Source of the DNA: Lytechinus pictus
Taxonomy: Eukaryota
Reading direction: 5' to 3'
DNA length: 64,000 nt
NCBI RefSeq assembly: GCF_037042905.1
Contig: NC_087247.1
Span: 19,406,001-19,470,000, forward strand
Position 1 is the first letter of the stretch. Every line of letters starts with the position of its first letter. Below are positions 23,685 to 34,955 of this stretch, piece after piece. Below the pieces are notes generated by a model that ran no database searches, had not been told where the DNA came from, and saw only the letters and a list, made by a program, of their open reading frames with translations. A program made the position numbers and the translations under genes.

Positions 23685-25683
23685 TTTTTTTTGGTTATAT
23701 TCTTTATTTTTATGATATGTTTATTATATACAACATTGTGAAACGGAAAACAGTAAATAAAATGAAATGATTAAAACATGTATTCAAAATGCCTAAATTC
23801 TAGGTCTAAATTAACGTAGCTTATTCTATATATTTATAACGTGCTTGAATTATCCAGTTTCAGATCAGAATATATAAAAAAACTTCTGCTCGCATTATTA
23901 ACAATAATGTAGGAAGATACCTAGTTACCCATCCATTTTACAATTTACAAAACATTAAAAGAGTGTCCTGTTCTTAGATCCAAAATCTATTTTTCGGCTC
24001 ACGCTGCCGTCAACTGTTTAGTTGTGTAACTCGAGTCCTGAAGAAAATACCGGTGATTGGACCCATGGCAACGATACCAAATGATTGTTAGCCGAAATGG
24101 ATTTAGACAAAGTGATAGCGAACCAACTGAAGTTAGACCAAATGGAACATGGACGAAATGAGAGTAGACCAAGTGGTTATTAGACCAATCGGCTATTAGG
24201 CCAAAAGGTAATAGACGTAATGATATTGGACAAAGTGGATATTGGACCAATTGAAAAAAAATACAATTAGACTAAATGATAATAAACAAAACGGCTATTA
24301 GACCAACTGGCTATTAGACGAGATGGTAATTAGACGAAATGGTTATTGGACTATGTTGATAGTTGACTAACTAATGGTAGACGAAATGATATCAGACCAT
24401 GCGATAGTAGGGGAAAAGGCAGTAGACGAAATGGCAATGAACCGATAAATATCCATACAAAGAGTAATCCTGATTTCCAAATCACTTAATTCTCTTTCTC
24501 GTTTCTCAAAAAAATTAGTGAAAGCATATTTTATATCTTATCTGTAGCTCGAGTCCTGAAGAAAATACCGCTGGGACATTATGCGTTGCGACATGTGACG
24601 TTATGCGTTAGAAAAACCGCGACATTATGCGTCGGACGCTCTTGGCATAATGTCGCAATCTGCGACATTATGCGTTGGTGCGATTATCGGTTGTAACAGG
24701 GCCTATGTATTAAGTAAATACCATAATACATTGCACTAAACATGACACATACATATTTATCATATTTAGCGTAGATGGAGACAGCTCTGGAAGTCTTATA
24801 CTAAGACTTGTTCTTCCATAGCTGCCCCCTATGAAAGTTACACTCAATACTCACTGGTATTTATTAACATTTTCGGAATTTCGGAGACGGGGCGTTCTAA
24901 TGACCACCCCCCCCCCCCCCTCCATGACCACCGTTTCGCGATGTATGTTTCTTTGTATTTTAGTAGTAAACTTTGTAATACAAAACTTTATACAAAAAAA
25001 TTTGTGTTAGATTTTGAAATAAAATTAAGAAAATGTTATCACTTTCCACGCTCTTTTCTTTCCCGGTTTCAACCTTCTCTTGGTCTCGAAACTTTGGGGG
25101 TCCATGTCCCGTGCCCCACCCCATCTGTCTGCTTTTGATGAAGGGTGAACTATCCTGCAAAGTTCAACGGGTTTAGAGGAGAGGGCGCGCCACAGATTAT
25201 CTGAGAAGATCGTATCATGGACCTGTAGTCGATCCATGATCGTATTGATTCCTTTCTGTGATCGGCGTATCAATTTGATAAAGATCAGGGCTTTCCCCAA
25301 GATTTTTACAAATAAGTCTTAAAAACATCAAGTTGTTTTTACACATTAAACTATTTGCAAAATATATGAGATAAATATTTAATCTACATAATTAGTTTTA
25401 GCGTTGACAAAACTTTCTCACTCTCTATAACAGTCCTACATTAACCATTACATACATGAACAACAAAACAGATGCAGTGCAAAGTTGCACAATCTTGCTT
25501 CATTCTAATATCCAAGAGCTATCACAAAGCCTTATTAATTAAGGCAAAGGTGAAGTTAAACCTACAAAAAGGGCTATATTTCCCAATTGATCGATCGTGA
25601 TCCTCAATCATTAATTGTTATTAAAATTTTGACATAATTTTGTAAGCAGTATTATACAGGACGCAAAAAATGGCATCATCGTA

Positions 25684-27018
25684 CTAAAGATGACTAAGTC
25701 GCACGGTGTTTGTAAGTACACTGCCATCTGCAAAAGCAGATGCTTGGACAGACGGAAGTACGCTAGAGGATGTCTGCACTTCGTGTCCAAAGACAGGATC
25801 GTGGCTTGATCGGGAACCGATAAAGATGCCTTTGAGTGCTTTACGAAACCCTGGATTCCTGGCAGTGTAGATAAAAGGATTCACGCACGAGTTGAAGTAA
25901 GCCAGGTTTATGAATGAACGTTGCAATGGACTCCCAAGGTAATTCCTGGCAGTGCCGAACCCCATTTTTGCGCAGAAGTAGGCAATCTGAGACGGTGCCC
26001 AGCAAATGATGAATACAACTATGACAATAAGCATCATTTTAAGAACGCGAGTACGAGCTTTAAGATGATTTGATGGCTTACCAGCGGTGACAGATCCTTC
26101 TGTTAAGATCTTGGAGAAATTTTGGGCCTCTCGGTAAAGTTTCTTGGCTATTAGAATTTGGGAGAAAAGGATGAAGACAGTAGGCAAACCAATGCGAAGA
26201 CAGAGGATGTAAACAACATAGGCCATGTCGCCTTCGACTGAAAATCTTCTGCGAACGCACCGTCCAGTCAGGTCTTCAACATAGAACACATAGATGTCCC
26301 TGCTTCCTGCGAGCATGCACGTCAACCAAACAAGAGCTGTACAAATACACACTCGCCTCTTTGTGACCATGCGATTGAAGATGAGAGGATGGACAACCGC
26401 GAAGTAGCGGTCGAAACATATGGCGACAAGTTGGTAAGAAGATACCGTGATTAGCATCCATTTTAAAGTAGGGGAAAAGATCAAGGTACAATAGAGACGT
26501 CCTGCAACACTCAAAGGCATTGTTTGAGCGATCGGGCGGGGAATCATCACGATGGATAACAAGAAATCTGCAAGAGCTAGATTGCCCACTAGGATGTCAG
26601 TTGAGCGTCTGGAGGAATTTTTCCAGAACACCACAAGGATGACCAGGAAGTTCCCAAGTATCCCAAGAATCGCAGAAACCATCTGTAAGATGACCCACCA
26701 AGGCCATTCCATTGTTGACCAAGACCATTGAAATAAAGTCTTTGGTTGCATTTCTTCGGAGCGGTCTTCCTCGTAAGTAAAATTTAATAAAAAGTCGGTG
26801 GACAGATTATTGTTGCTTAAAACATTTGAAATTGTGGTGAAGCTGAATTCATTTGGTCGACCCGTTGATTCTCTACCAGTGCTATGTGCGAATAGACTTG
26901 ATCCTGTAGAAGTCGATGATCCTTCGAGACGAAGTGTTGATTGGTTTGTGGCCAGGGATTCATCTTTAACCAACACCAGGTAGATAATTGTGGAATATAA
27001 TTTGAAATTCATCTTCAT
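25684..27018 (-). CDS. Intronless rhodopsin-family (class A) GPCR, paralogue 2 (444 aa from ATG 27018; alternative ATG 27012)
   Basis: Same 7TM motifs (GN, LALAD, DRY, CWAP, NPFIY), with about 50 amino-acid differences from paralogue 1 by manual alignment. The ORF-track start at 27120 is GTG, not ATG. Confidence 0.93.
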   Translation of the reverse strand: MKMNFKLYSTIIYLVLVKDESLATNQSTLRLEGSSTSTGSSLFAHSTGRESTGRPNEFSFTTISNVLSNNNLSTDFLLNFTYEEDRSEEMQPKTLFQWSWSTMEWPWWVILQMVSAILGILGNFLVILVVFWKNSSRRSTDILVGNLALADFLLSIVMIPRPIAQTMPLSVAGRLYCTLIFSPTLKWMLITVSSYQLVAICFDRYFAVVHPLIFNRMVTKRRVCICTALVWLTCMLAGSRDIYVFYVEDLTGRCVRRRFSVEGDMAYVVYILCLRIGLPTVFILFSQILIAKKLYREAQNFSKILTEGSVTAGKPSNHLKARTRVLKMMLIVIVVFIICWAPSQIAYFCAKMGFGTARNYLGSPLQRSFINLAYFNSCVNPFIYTARNPGFRKALKGIFIGSRSSHDPVFGHEVQTSSSVLPSVQASAFADGSVLTNTVRLSHL

Positions 27019-28196
27019 ATTATGGTAAAATACGTCCTCCTGATGAAATAAAAAAAACAATAATATTAAAGAGATAATGTTATTTCTTAGCTCGAATGAA
27101 AACCTATATAAACATGACACCGATCTCCAATCTCGGTGGATAGTTTCTGTTTGTTGTAATTAATTTCATAACGCTTCTTTTGATTTATATTTCAAAAACA
27201 AATTATATTTTCAACACGATATGAATTATATTTAAGACTTACCGATTGGCGATTGACTGATAGTTGTTGACGAGCTGATGTAGTCTCCCAAGCTTTCACT
27301 TTTATATAGTCTGTGGCGTTTACCGCTATGTCATCCATCACGATCAATGCATTATTTCTTGGCCCTGGATAGTAATGTTCCAATAGTGTAATTACACTTT
27401 TTGTGGTTTTATATTGACTGTGCTTACATTCAAATAAACAAAATTGCCTCTCTTTTCAATGTACATGAAACTTCCTGACATGTTAAAAACGATATCAAAA
27501 CAATGAGAGCATGACCTATTCTAAAAGGAAGGAACATAATCAGTAATTTCCAGAACTGAATATTTGTCAAAGAATTCACTCAAAAAAGGGCCTTCGAGTT
27601 TTCTTTAAAGTTTCTTCCAACCTTCACTGTCATATGCAATTTTAATTTCGTGACACATAAGTGACTCTTTCAAAGAAATATGCAGGTGACGGTCATATTT
27701 CTTTGCTAAAACGTGTAAAATTACTTTGAATTGTCCAAAACTTGATACTAAAGTGGTTAATGTGAATCTTTTCAAGAATTTCTGCTTTCAAACAAGCCGT
27801 ATATGCGGTAATGATAGTGTATTTGAATTAAACGAGCTAAAAGGTGCAGAAGTAATGGATTTGAACAATAAAATCATATTCTATAAAATCAGTATGACAA
27901 GGTTTGAAAATATAGGCCCTAAGTGCTTTTCAGACATCTCATTTTGTTTAGCATTCCTCGATATTTTTACTAGTGTGCTTCAGCTCACTTAGAACCTTTT
28001 TTATTGTTATTAATGAAATTATATTATACTTTATAACGGTTATAACCCTTCAAAAGTTATCCGCGTCCCCTTGTTACTCACGACTATTTTTTCACGCATG
28101 CAATATCACAGTTCTTTATAAAATTCAACATATTTTAAAACCACTATTTAGAATTTTTATTAACGATAATTATCAATTGAATCTTGCGATACTCAT

Positions 28197-28348
28197 CAGG
28201 GGGCGCGGAAGCGGGGGGGGGGGCCCCCACTCTTTTCCAAAACCATATACAAAAACGTAAAAATGACCATACCATTGTGATTTTTTGCATGGTCAGCCCC
28301 CCACTTTTGGCTCAGCCCCCCACTTTGAAAACCATTCCGCGGCCCCTG
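28197..28348. mobile_element. ~150-bp MITE CAGGGG...CCCCTG with 5-bp TSD CTCAT
   Basis: CTCAT|CAGGGGGCGCGGAA ... TTCCGCGGCCCCTG|CTCAT. The empty site GATACTCATATACC is present in the paralogous unit near 10340. Confidence 0.88.
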
Positions 28349-28389
28349 CTCATATACCAGTATAACAACCACGAAATTACCCTCCGTTT

Positions 28390-29845
28390 TTGTCTCGCCT
28401 GTATAGCAGAGCGACGCATACATTCGTAATTCCGAAGCTTCGTTATTCCGAAGGTTCGTTATTCCGAAGGTTCGTTATTCCGAAGGTTCGTATTTCCGAA
28501 GGTTCGTAATTCCGAAGGTTCGTTACTCGAAAACGAAATGAGGTTCGTAATTCCGAAGGTTCGTTAGTCCGAAATCGAAGTGAGGTTCGTAATTCCGAAG
28601 GTTCGTTAATCCGAAAACGAAATGAGGTTCGTAATTACGAAGGTTCGTTAGTCCGAAAACTAATGATTAACGAGCCTTGTTTCGTTTTCGGACTAACGAA
28701 CCTTCGGAATAACGAACATTATTTCGTTTTCGGATTAACGAATCTTCGGAACAACGAACCTTATTTCGTTTTCGGATTAACGAACCTTCGGGACATCGAA
28801 CCTTATTTCGTTTTTGGATTATCGAACCTTAGGAATAACGAACCTTAGGAATAACGAACCTTCGAAATAACGCCACAAATGTTCGGATTAACGAACCCTT
28901 TTGCGTTTTCGGATTAACGAACATCGAGGTATAGGCAATTTACGTGTTTCGGAATTACGAACCTTCGGAATTACGAAGTGTAACCGCAGAGCGAGACTAT
29001 AGTCGCCGCTTTTCCGACGGCGGTGGCGGCGGCGTCAACATCAAATCTTAACCTCAGGTTAAGTTTTTGAAATGACATAACTTAAAAAGCATATAGACCT
29101 AGTTCATGAAACTTGTAAATAAGGATAATCAAGTATCACTGAACATCCTGTCTTGGTCTCAGGTCACATGGTCAAGATCAAATGTCATTTAGGGTCAATG
29201 AACTTAGACAATGTTAGGGGAATCAATATCGAAATCTTAACCTAAGGTTAAGTTTTTGAAATGTCATTATAATTTAGGAAGTATGTAGACCTAGTTCATG
29301 AAACTTATACATAAGGGTAATGAAGTATTATGAGATATCCTGCCTGCGTTTAAGGTCACATGACAAAGGTCAAAGGTCATTTAGGGTCCATGAACTTTGG
29401 GAATGTTAGGGGCATTTGTTGCATTTCCATCGTAACTTTAAATTTTTATAAAGCTAGCTCATAAAACTTGGACATAAGAGTTATCAAGTATCACTGAATA
29501 TCCTGTGTGAGTTTCAGGTCACATAACCAATGACAAATGTCATTTAGGTTCAATGAACTTTTGTCATGTTGGGGGTATTTGTTTAATTGGCATAACTTAG
29601 AAAGTCAATGGATCTAATGCATGAAACATAGACATGCAGATGATTAAGTAGAAATGATTGTTTTGCACACATCTTAGATCACATGATCATGGTCAAAGGT
29701 CATTTAGGTCAATGGACATAATATTTCGTTATCATATGGATGTTTTCTTTTGTGAATAATTACTTAATAGCTGTTTTCAAAGTCAGCACTGCTGCTATAT
29801 CAAATTGCGTAATGCATGCGAGACTGCCAGAGGCGTTCCACTTGT
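28390..29845 (+). mobile_element. Non-autonomous Helentron-type (HINE/DINE-like) element with internal tandem repeats
   Basis: Inserted in a T run without a TSD (empty site CCTCCGTTTTAAC near 10372). It has short subterminal inverted repeats GTCTCGCCTG / CATGCGAGAC and internal degenerate repeats (GACCTAGTTCATGAAACTT...AGGTCACATG...GTCATTTAGG). Confidence 0.7.
28415..28986. mobile_element. Foldback MITE built of 16-bp tandem repeats (TTATTCCGAAGGTTCG) in inverted arrays, 8-bp TSD CAGAGCGA
   Basis: CAGAGCGA|CGCATACATTCGTAATTCCG ... CGGAATTACGAAGTGTAACCG|CAGAGCGA; repeat orientation flips near 28665. Confidence 0.88.
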
Positions 29846-30413
29846 TAACGATTATTTCGAGTAAATAATTAAAATTCACCATTACTCAACTATATACAAA
29901 TTCATTTGTATCACCTACCAAGGACTCATACAGCACTTACTCAGAACACTTTCATATTCACTGCCCCAAAGTGTTGGAATTTTCTCAGTGGCGAAACAGA
30001 CGGGGGGCAGGGGTAAGCTGCCCCCTGGCGGATTTTACCGGGAAAATAAAAAAAAAAACGGGAAAAAGAGAAAAGGGAGAAAGAGAGAAAGGAAAAGGGA
30101 AAAAGGGAGAGGGAAAGGGAAAAGTGAAAAGAAAGGGACAGAAAAAACATGAATAGAGAAAATGGAAGGAAAACGGAAAAAGGAACGAAAGAACATTTGA
30201 GAAAGTACAAAATATCCCGAAATACTGATACATTAGCGTGATAAGCAAGAGGGGGACATATAATCAACAGATGTGAGTCAATGGCACAGGCAAGAATGGC
30301 GGGAAAATGGGAGAAAGAGGCAAACAGAAAGATTCCTTTTGTATGTCAATGCTATGTGGGTGACGTCCAGTAGCGGATCCCCGGAACCTCTCGAGATTCA
30401 GCTATTTTTAACC

Positions 30414-30640
30414 TTAAAGGGATGGTCCAGACTAGAGATATTTATATCCCAATAAATAGAGTAAAATTCACAGAGCAAATTGCTGAAAATTTGATCAAAT
30501 CGGAAAGCAAATAACGAAGTTATTGAATTTCAAAGATTTGCATCATTCCGGTGAAACAGTTCGAGGCATGCCTTCATGAATATTCATTAGGTGGGCTGAT
30601 GATGTCATATTCCCACTTGTTCTTTTGTATTTTATTATAG
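30414..30640. mobile_element. Truncated MITE end beginning TTAA|AGGG (Kolobok-like terminus)
   Basis: TTAAAGGGATGGTCC start; I found no matching second TIR. Confidence 0.35.
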
Positions 30641-31089
30641 CATTTCATCATTATGCTTTATGAATTTTACTCTATTTAGATATAAACATTTTCAGCTTTT
30701 TCAAATCTTCATATCAATTACAGACATTACTTCAACACAGTGGCGTAATAAACCAAACATTTTGAGGGGGGCACATGGCAAATGTGAAAAAAATTAATAA
30801 AGCGTCGCGAGTGAGCAAGACAATCTTTTGTCTAGCCCTTAGCAGGGGTTGGGCGGTATACCTCCTGAGCCTCTCGAAGTTCTTTCATCCTGATTGCGAC
30901 CGTTATATTACACAAACACCATCTCATTCTTTCTTCCTGATCTTTATTGTTAGTCATTGGCAGCCCTGCCCTGTTCTTACATTTGTCTTTTTTTTATCCT
31001 TTTCCTTTTTTTTTCTCCATTTTCACTTCAGCTTTTATCCTAGCATTTTAGCTCATTCCATTCTGCCTTCATTTCCCGTACATTTTAGC

Positions 31090-31270
31090 CAGGGGCCGCG
31101 GAAGCGGGGGGGGGGAGGTTGGTGGGCTTCAGCCCCCACTTTTTTTCCAAAACCGTGTACAAAAACGTAAAAATTACCACATGATCGGGATTTTTTTGCA
31201 TGGTCAGCCCCCAACTGTATGCCCAGCCCCCCCCCCCCCCCCCACTTTGAAAACCGTTCCGCGGCCCCTT
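31090..31270. mobile_element. Second copy of the CAGGGG MITE, 5-bp TSD TTAGC
   Basis: TTAGC|CAGGGGCCGCGGAA ... TTCCGCGGCCCCTT|TTAGC; homologous to 28197-28348. Confidence 0.85.
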
Positions 31271-32429
31271 TTAGCCTTGTTTCCGTTTCCCTTTCCAGCC
31301 ATTATTTCCCGTTCCGTTTTACAATCTCTTAATTTATTTCCCCTTTCTCGCTCATTTATTAGTATTTCGAGTTGATTTCTTCCTTCTCGAATGTTCTTCT
31401 TTCATTTCCCACTTTCCTCACGTTTTACATTATATTTTTCTTCTCTTGAGTTCTTTCTGTACCTTCCCCTTTTCCCTCTTTCCTCTTTTTCTTCATTTTC
31501 TTCTCTTTCCCTTTCTTCATCTCCCTTTCCCCCTTTTTTAAAATAAATATTTCCCCCGCAAAATCCTCCTACCCACCCCCCCCCCCCCACCCCGTCTGTT
31601 ACGCCATGCACTGTTAAAAGTTCAGACATTTGGTTATTGCCACCAAATCGTATGTACAACATGAGTAAATGTGGAAATGAGAGAGGAGATGAAGTGAAAC
31701 TGTCAGGGGCAGTGGAACCGATCATGGACCAACTACAGCATGAACCGATAGAGGGGGTGGGGGAAGGGCTCAATGGGCTTCAGCCTCCCCCTGCATTCTC
31801 TTTTATCAATAAGTGTGTTCAAGATGTAGAAAATTACCATCTTATAATTACTAGTACTGTGATTGATTCATTATGGTCCATCAGCCCCTCCCCCACTTTC
31901 AAAACCCTTCCGCATCAATGGCATTTTTATTTTCACCGGGAAAATAACAAAAACGGGCAAAAAGAAAAGGGAGGGAAAAAGAAAGGGAAAGGGGAAAAGG
32001 AAATGAGGAAAAGGATAGGGAAAGGGAAAAGTGAAAAGAAAACGATGCGAAAAAAATAAATAAATGGAAAAGGAAGGAAAGCGGGAAAATTGCGAAAGAA
32101 GAACATTTGAAAAAGAACAAATCATTCCGAAATAGGCCTATGTAATGCAATAGCACGGTGGGAAATAAATTAAGAGATGACAAAATGACAAACGATAGCG
32201 GGGAACGTTAAGTCAAAAGCTAATTAAAATTGGAAAACAAAAAAAGGACAAGAAAACAAAAAACTTAATAACACGACCGGGCTGCCGAGGATTGAACTTA
32301 AAGAGCGGGAAGAAAAATGGACTGCATACAACATTATATAAGCTTGCGAAATTTTATGCAAATAGGCTACCGGGGCTTTGCCCCAGACCCCACGCAGTAG
32401 GCACTCTTCATTATAACCTTCAAATGGCT

Positions 32430-33468
32430 CTATCTCCCATTCCCCCTTGTTGTAGCTGTTCCTTGAGTCTGGTAGTCAGATTGCGTCCAGTTTCACCGAT
32501 GTATACCTTTCCACAAGAGCATGGTATCCTGTATACTCCAGGGGAGTGTTTCATCAACATTTTCATCCGACAAGTTGTCAGATCTGACATCTTTCTCTGA
32601 TGTTGATTGGCTGAGAGGTACTGTTACTATGGTAACTGTCGGATAAAATGGATCTTGTCGGATAAAACGTCCGACAAGTCCTTTCATGAAACGCTCCCCA
32701 GGGCGTGACGCTGAGGGCTTGACGTCCTTGTGAGTATAGAGGGCAGCATGTAACTTGTTGGAAGACCGGTGTCTCACTTCAATTTTTGGCTGCTCTGAAT
32801 ATGCGTTGAAGTTTGTGGGAAGTAGGACCTAGGTAAGGCAAGATAACCGTAGCTTTGGTGGGCTCCTTCGGACGAGATGAGGTTGGTTTGGTCTTGATCT
32901 TGTGTGGAGGATAACCGTTTATAGTTACGAGTGTCGACTTGATGTGATCCAGTTCCCGTTGCAGGTGGTTGTCATCGCTGATAGAATGTGCCCTCTTGAC
33001 CAATGTTCTTGGAACAGACTGTAGGATAGACGGGTGGTGGAATGATTTGAAGTGAAGATACCTATCAGTGTGGGTTGGTTTGCGGTATACTTGGTGCGAG
33101 AGGTGGTTGTTGGGTTCACGTGTAACTAAAACATCCAAGAAAGGTATGGAGTTATTCTTCTCCTTCTCCATCGTGAAGGTGATTTTGGGGTGTTGAGAGT
33201 TGAGATGAAGGAGAAAATCTTCTAAGCTGTGTCTACCATGTTGCCAAATGACGAATGTATCATCTACATATCTGAGCCAGATCTTGGGTAGGAGAGGCGA
33301 TGATCGAATGGCTGTTGACTCGAATTCTTCTATGTATAGGTTGGCAACTATAGGTGAAAGGGGTGATCCCATAGCTGCCCCCTCCTGTTGCTTGTAGTAG
33401 TTGCCTCGCCATTGGAAGGAAGTAGACTCAAGACATGTAAGCAGTAGGTCGTGGATTTGGTCGGGTGA
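32430..33468 (-). mobile_element. Penelope-like retroelement fragment (RT C-terminal half plus start of GIY-YIG endonuclease), decayed
   Basis: RT motifs GAAMGSPLSPIVANLY, WLRYVDDTF, FTMEKE, IPFLDV and VYRKPTHTDRYL. After removing the nested MITE the sequence reads PGVYRIPCSCGKVYIGETGRNLTTRLKE (GIY-YIG). There is an in-frame stop at 32779. Confidence 0.92.
32542..32698. mobile_element. MITE with CAG TSD (PIF/Harbinger-like) inserted in the Penelope ORF
   Basis: CAG|GGGAGTGTTTCAT ... ATGAAACGCTCCC|CAG; removing it restores SRPGVYRIP. Confidence 0.85.
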
Positions 33469-33489
33469 CTTAAGTTTTCAAGTGGATCT

Positions 33490-33535
33490 TCATTCCTGAT
33501 GACGACCAGAACACGCTGGTCGAAACGTCGATAAC
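33490..33535 (+). ncRNA. Minimal type I hammerhead ribozyme-like motif in an inverted Penelope pseudo-LTR (~33469-33665)
   Basis: CUGAUGA-C-GACCAG(AACACG)CUGGUC-GAAA-CGUC: both core boxes, a 6-bp stem II and a palindromic ACGU stem III. Stem I is weak. The motif directly abuts the 5'-truncated PLE in the opposite orientation. Confidence 0.65.
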
Positions 33536-34514
33536 AGTTCTTTTCAGAGCTAACATATATTCAAGAAAGAATAACAAACAGTCCTTTTCAGGACTACATA
33601 CATGGTGTTTACCGTAAAGCCTTTCAATATTCTCTCCACCATGGAAACCTTCAAAGATCATCATAATGGAAAAAATCTATCACATAATTAGAATTTAATT
33701 TCAATACGCGACTTTTTACAATTTTTTTCCCACATTGCTATATGTTTTGCCCCCTCAAAATATTTGCTTCATTACGCAACTGGTTTGAATAAATGTGCCT
33801 GCGATTTGATTAAAATAGCGGCAATCTGCTAGGTTTAAATGGCTTTGATATCAAAAAGTTCCGGGGGCTCCGCCCCCGACCCCAACCGCACAGCACTGCG
33901 TATGGAAGGATTGGGCCATGGCCCCCAAAAAGTTCTACAAACAAGAACAAAAAAAGGAGAAAAGAAAAGGAAAGGAAAAGTGTAGGTTATGATTTTATTT
34001 ACTGAATATAGTGTAAAAAAATAGCACAAAGTTAGATTTCCATGAAAAGGTGATTGTTTTTCTCGCTCGCTTCGCTCTCTCGGGACTTTTATAAAGCAGC
34101 TTTTTAATACATGTGCTATACTGCGCCCCTCGTTTTTCTTTTTGTTATTCTTCACGCTACTGTGGCAAAGAATCCTGTTCACAGTGGCGTACAGACCACA
34201 AAAAAGGGAATCTAAAGAAAGAAGAGTGAAATATATTATTCTCTGGATATCATGTCAAAATCTATCACAAAATTGGATTTTTGTATTAAAAATGTCAAAA
34301 TTTTTGCTCGCTCGCAACTTTTTTTTTAAAGATAAATTCTGCCCGATACGCAATATCTGGCCCTCTCAAAATCGTCGCCTTATTACACCATTACGACTGT
34401 TCATACCATTATGACCGGGAAATTTTTGGCTCTTCCCCCCCCCCCCCCCTGGCCACCGACCCCTGTTACGCCGCTGTTCCGCATCCCCATTCCCTCTGTT
34501 GAGATGAGGTGAAA

Positions 34515-34640
34515 ATGATGGATAATGAAGGTGGTATTGATGATGATGATGGTAATTATGTCATGATGGTGGTAATGATAATGATGACGATGCTGGATGA
34601 TAATCATCACCATGTCATGGTAATAGTAATGATGACGATT
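34515..34640. repeat. Degenerate (ATG)n microsatellite
   Basis: Runs of ATG/GTG/ATA triplets. Confidence 0.7.
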
Positions 34641-34951
34641 GTTACTGATTTCTTCACGGTTGAAATTAAGCTATTATGAGAGAGGAATTGTGTGCATTTT
34701 TATTCACTTTTATTTATAGGGGGGTCTATATTAATCATAAAGTATTTTTTATTACCATTAATCCCCCGGTAAATCCTGATCTGGCTCCTGCTCATGTATG
34801 TGTATGTTTTCACAGACGTGTACTTTGAATTCTCAATGTACCAAGCACCATTTGTGATAAATTCAGCTTTTTTTTTATAGATTAGTTACAATTCCAATAA
34901 TCTCAGTGGCCTAAGATATATTTTCTGGGGTTACATTGACCCGTAAAGTAA

Positions 34952-34955
<4 letters not shown>

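Larger units (their letters stand above)
21262..24698. mobile_element. Non-autonomous foldback-type DNA element with TGT...ACA termini, 5-bp TSD GGGCC and ~650-bp inverted arms (Ginger-like termini)
   Basis: GGGCC|TGTTACAACCGATAAT ... ATTATCGGTTGTAACA|GGGCC. Segment 21262-~22490 (minus the nested MITE) is the inverted match of 24052-24698. The arms contain short CGCATAATGTC repeats. Confidence 0.85.
22441..29985. repeat. Segmental duplication unit 2 (portion alignable to unit 1 within the window)
   Basis: See unit 1; the offset is 22440 bp at the start. Confidence 0.95.

Noticed and set aside
27019-27120. N-terminal extension of GPCR2 (478-aa ORF)
   Set aside because: It starts at GTG, and the paralogue has no equivalent open extension. 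ATG 27018 or 27012 is preferred.
28415-28986. CRISPR-like or iteron-like 16-36-bp repeats
   Set aside because: The repeats are contiguous, invert at the centre and are bounded by an 8-bp TSD, which identifies a foldback MITE.
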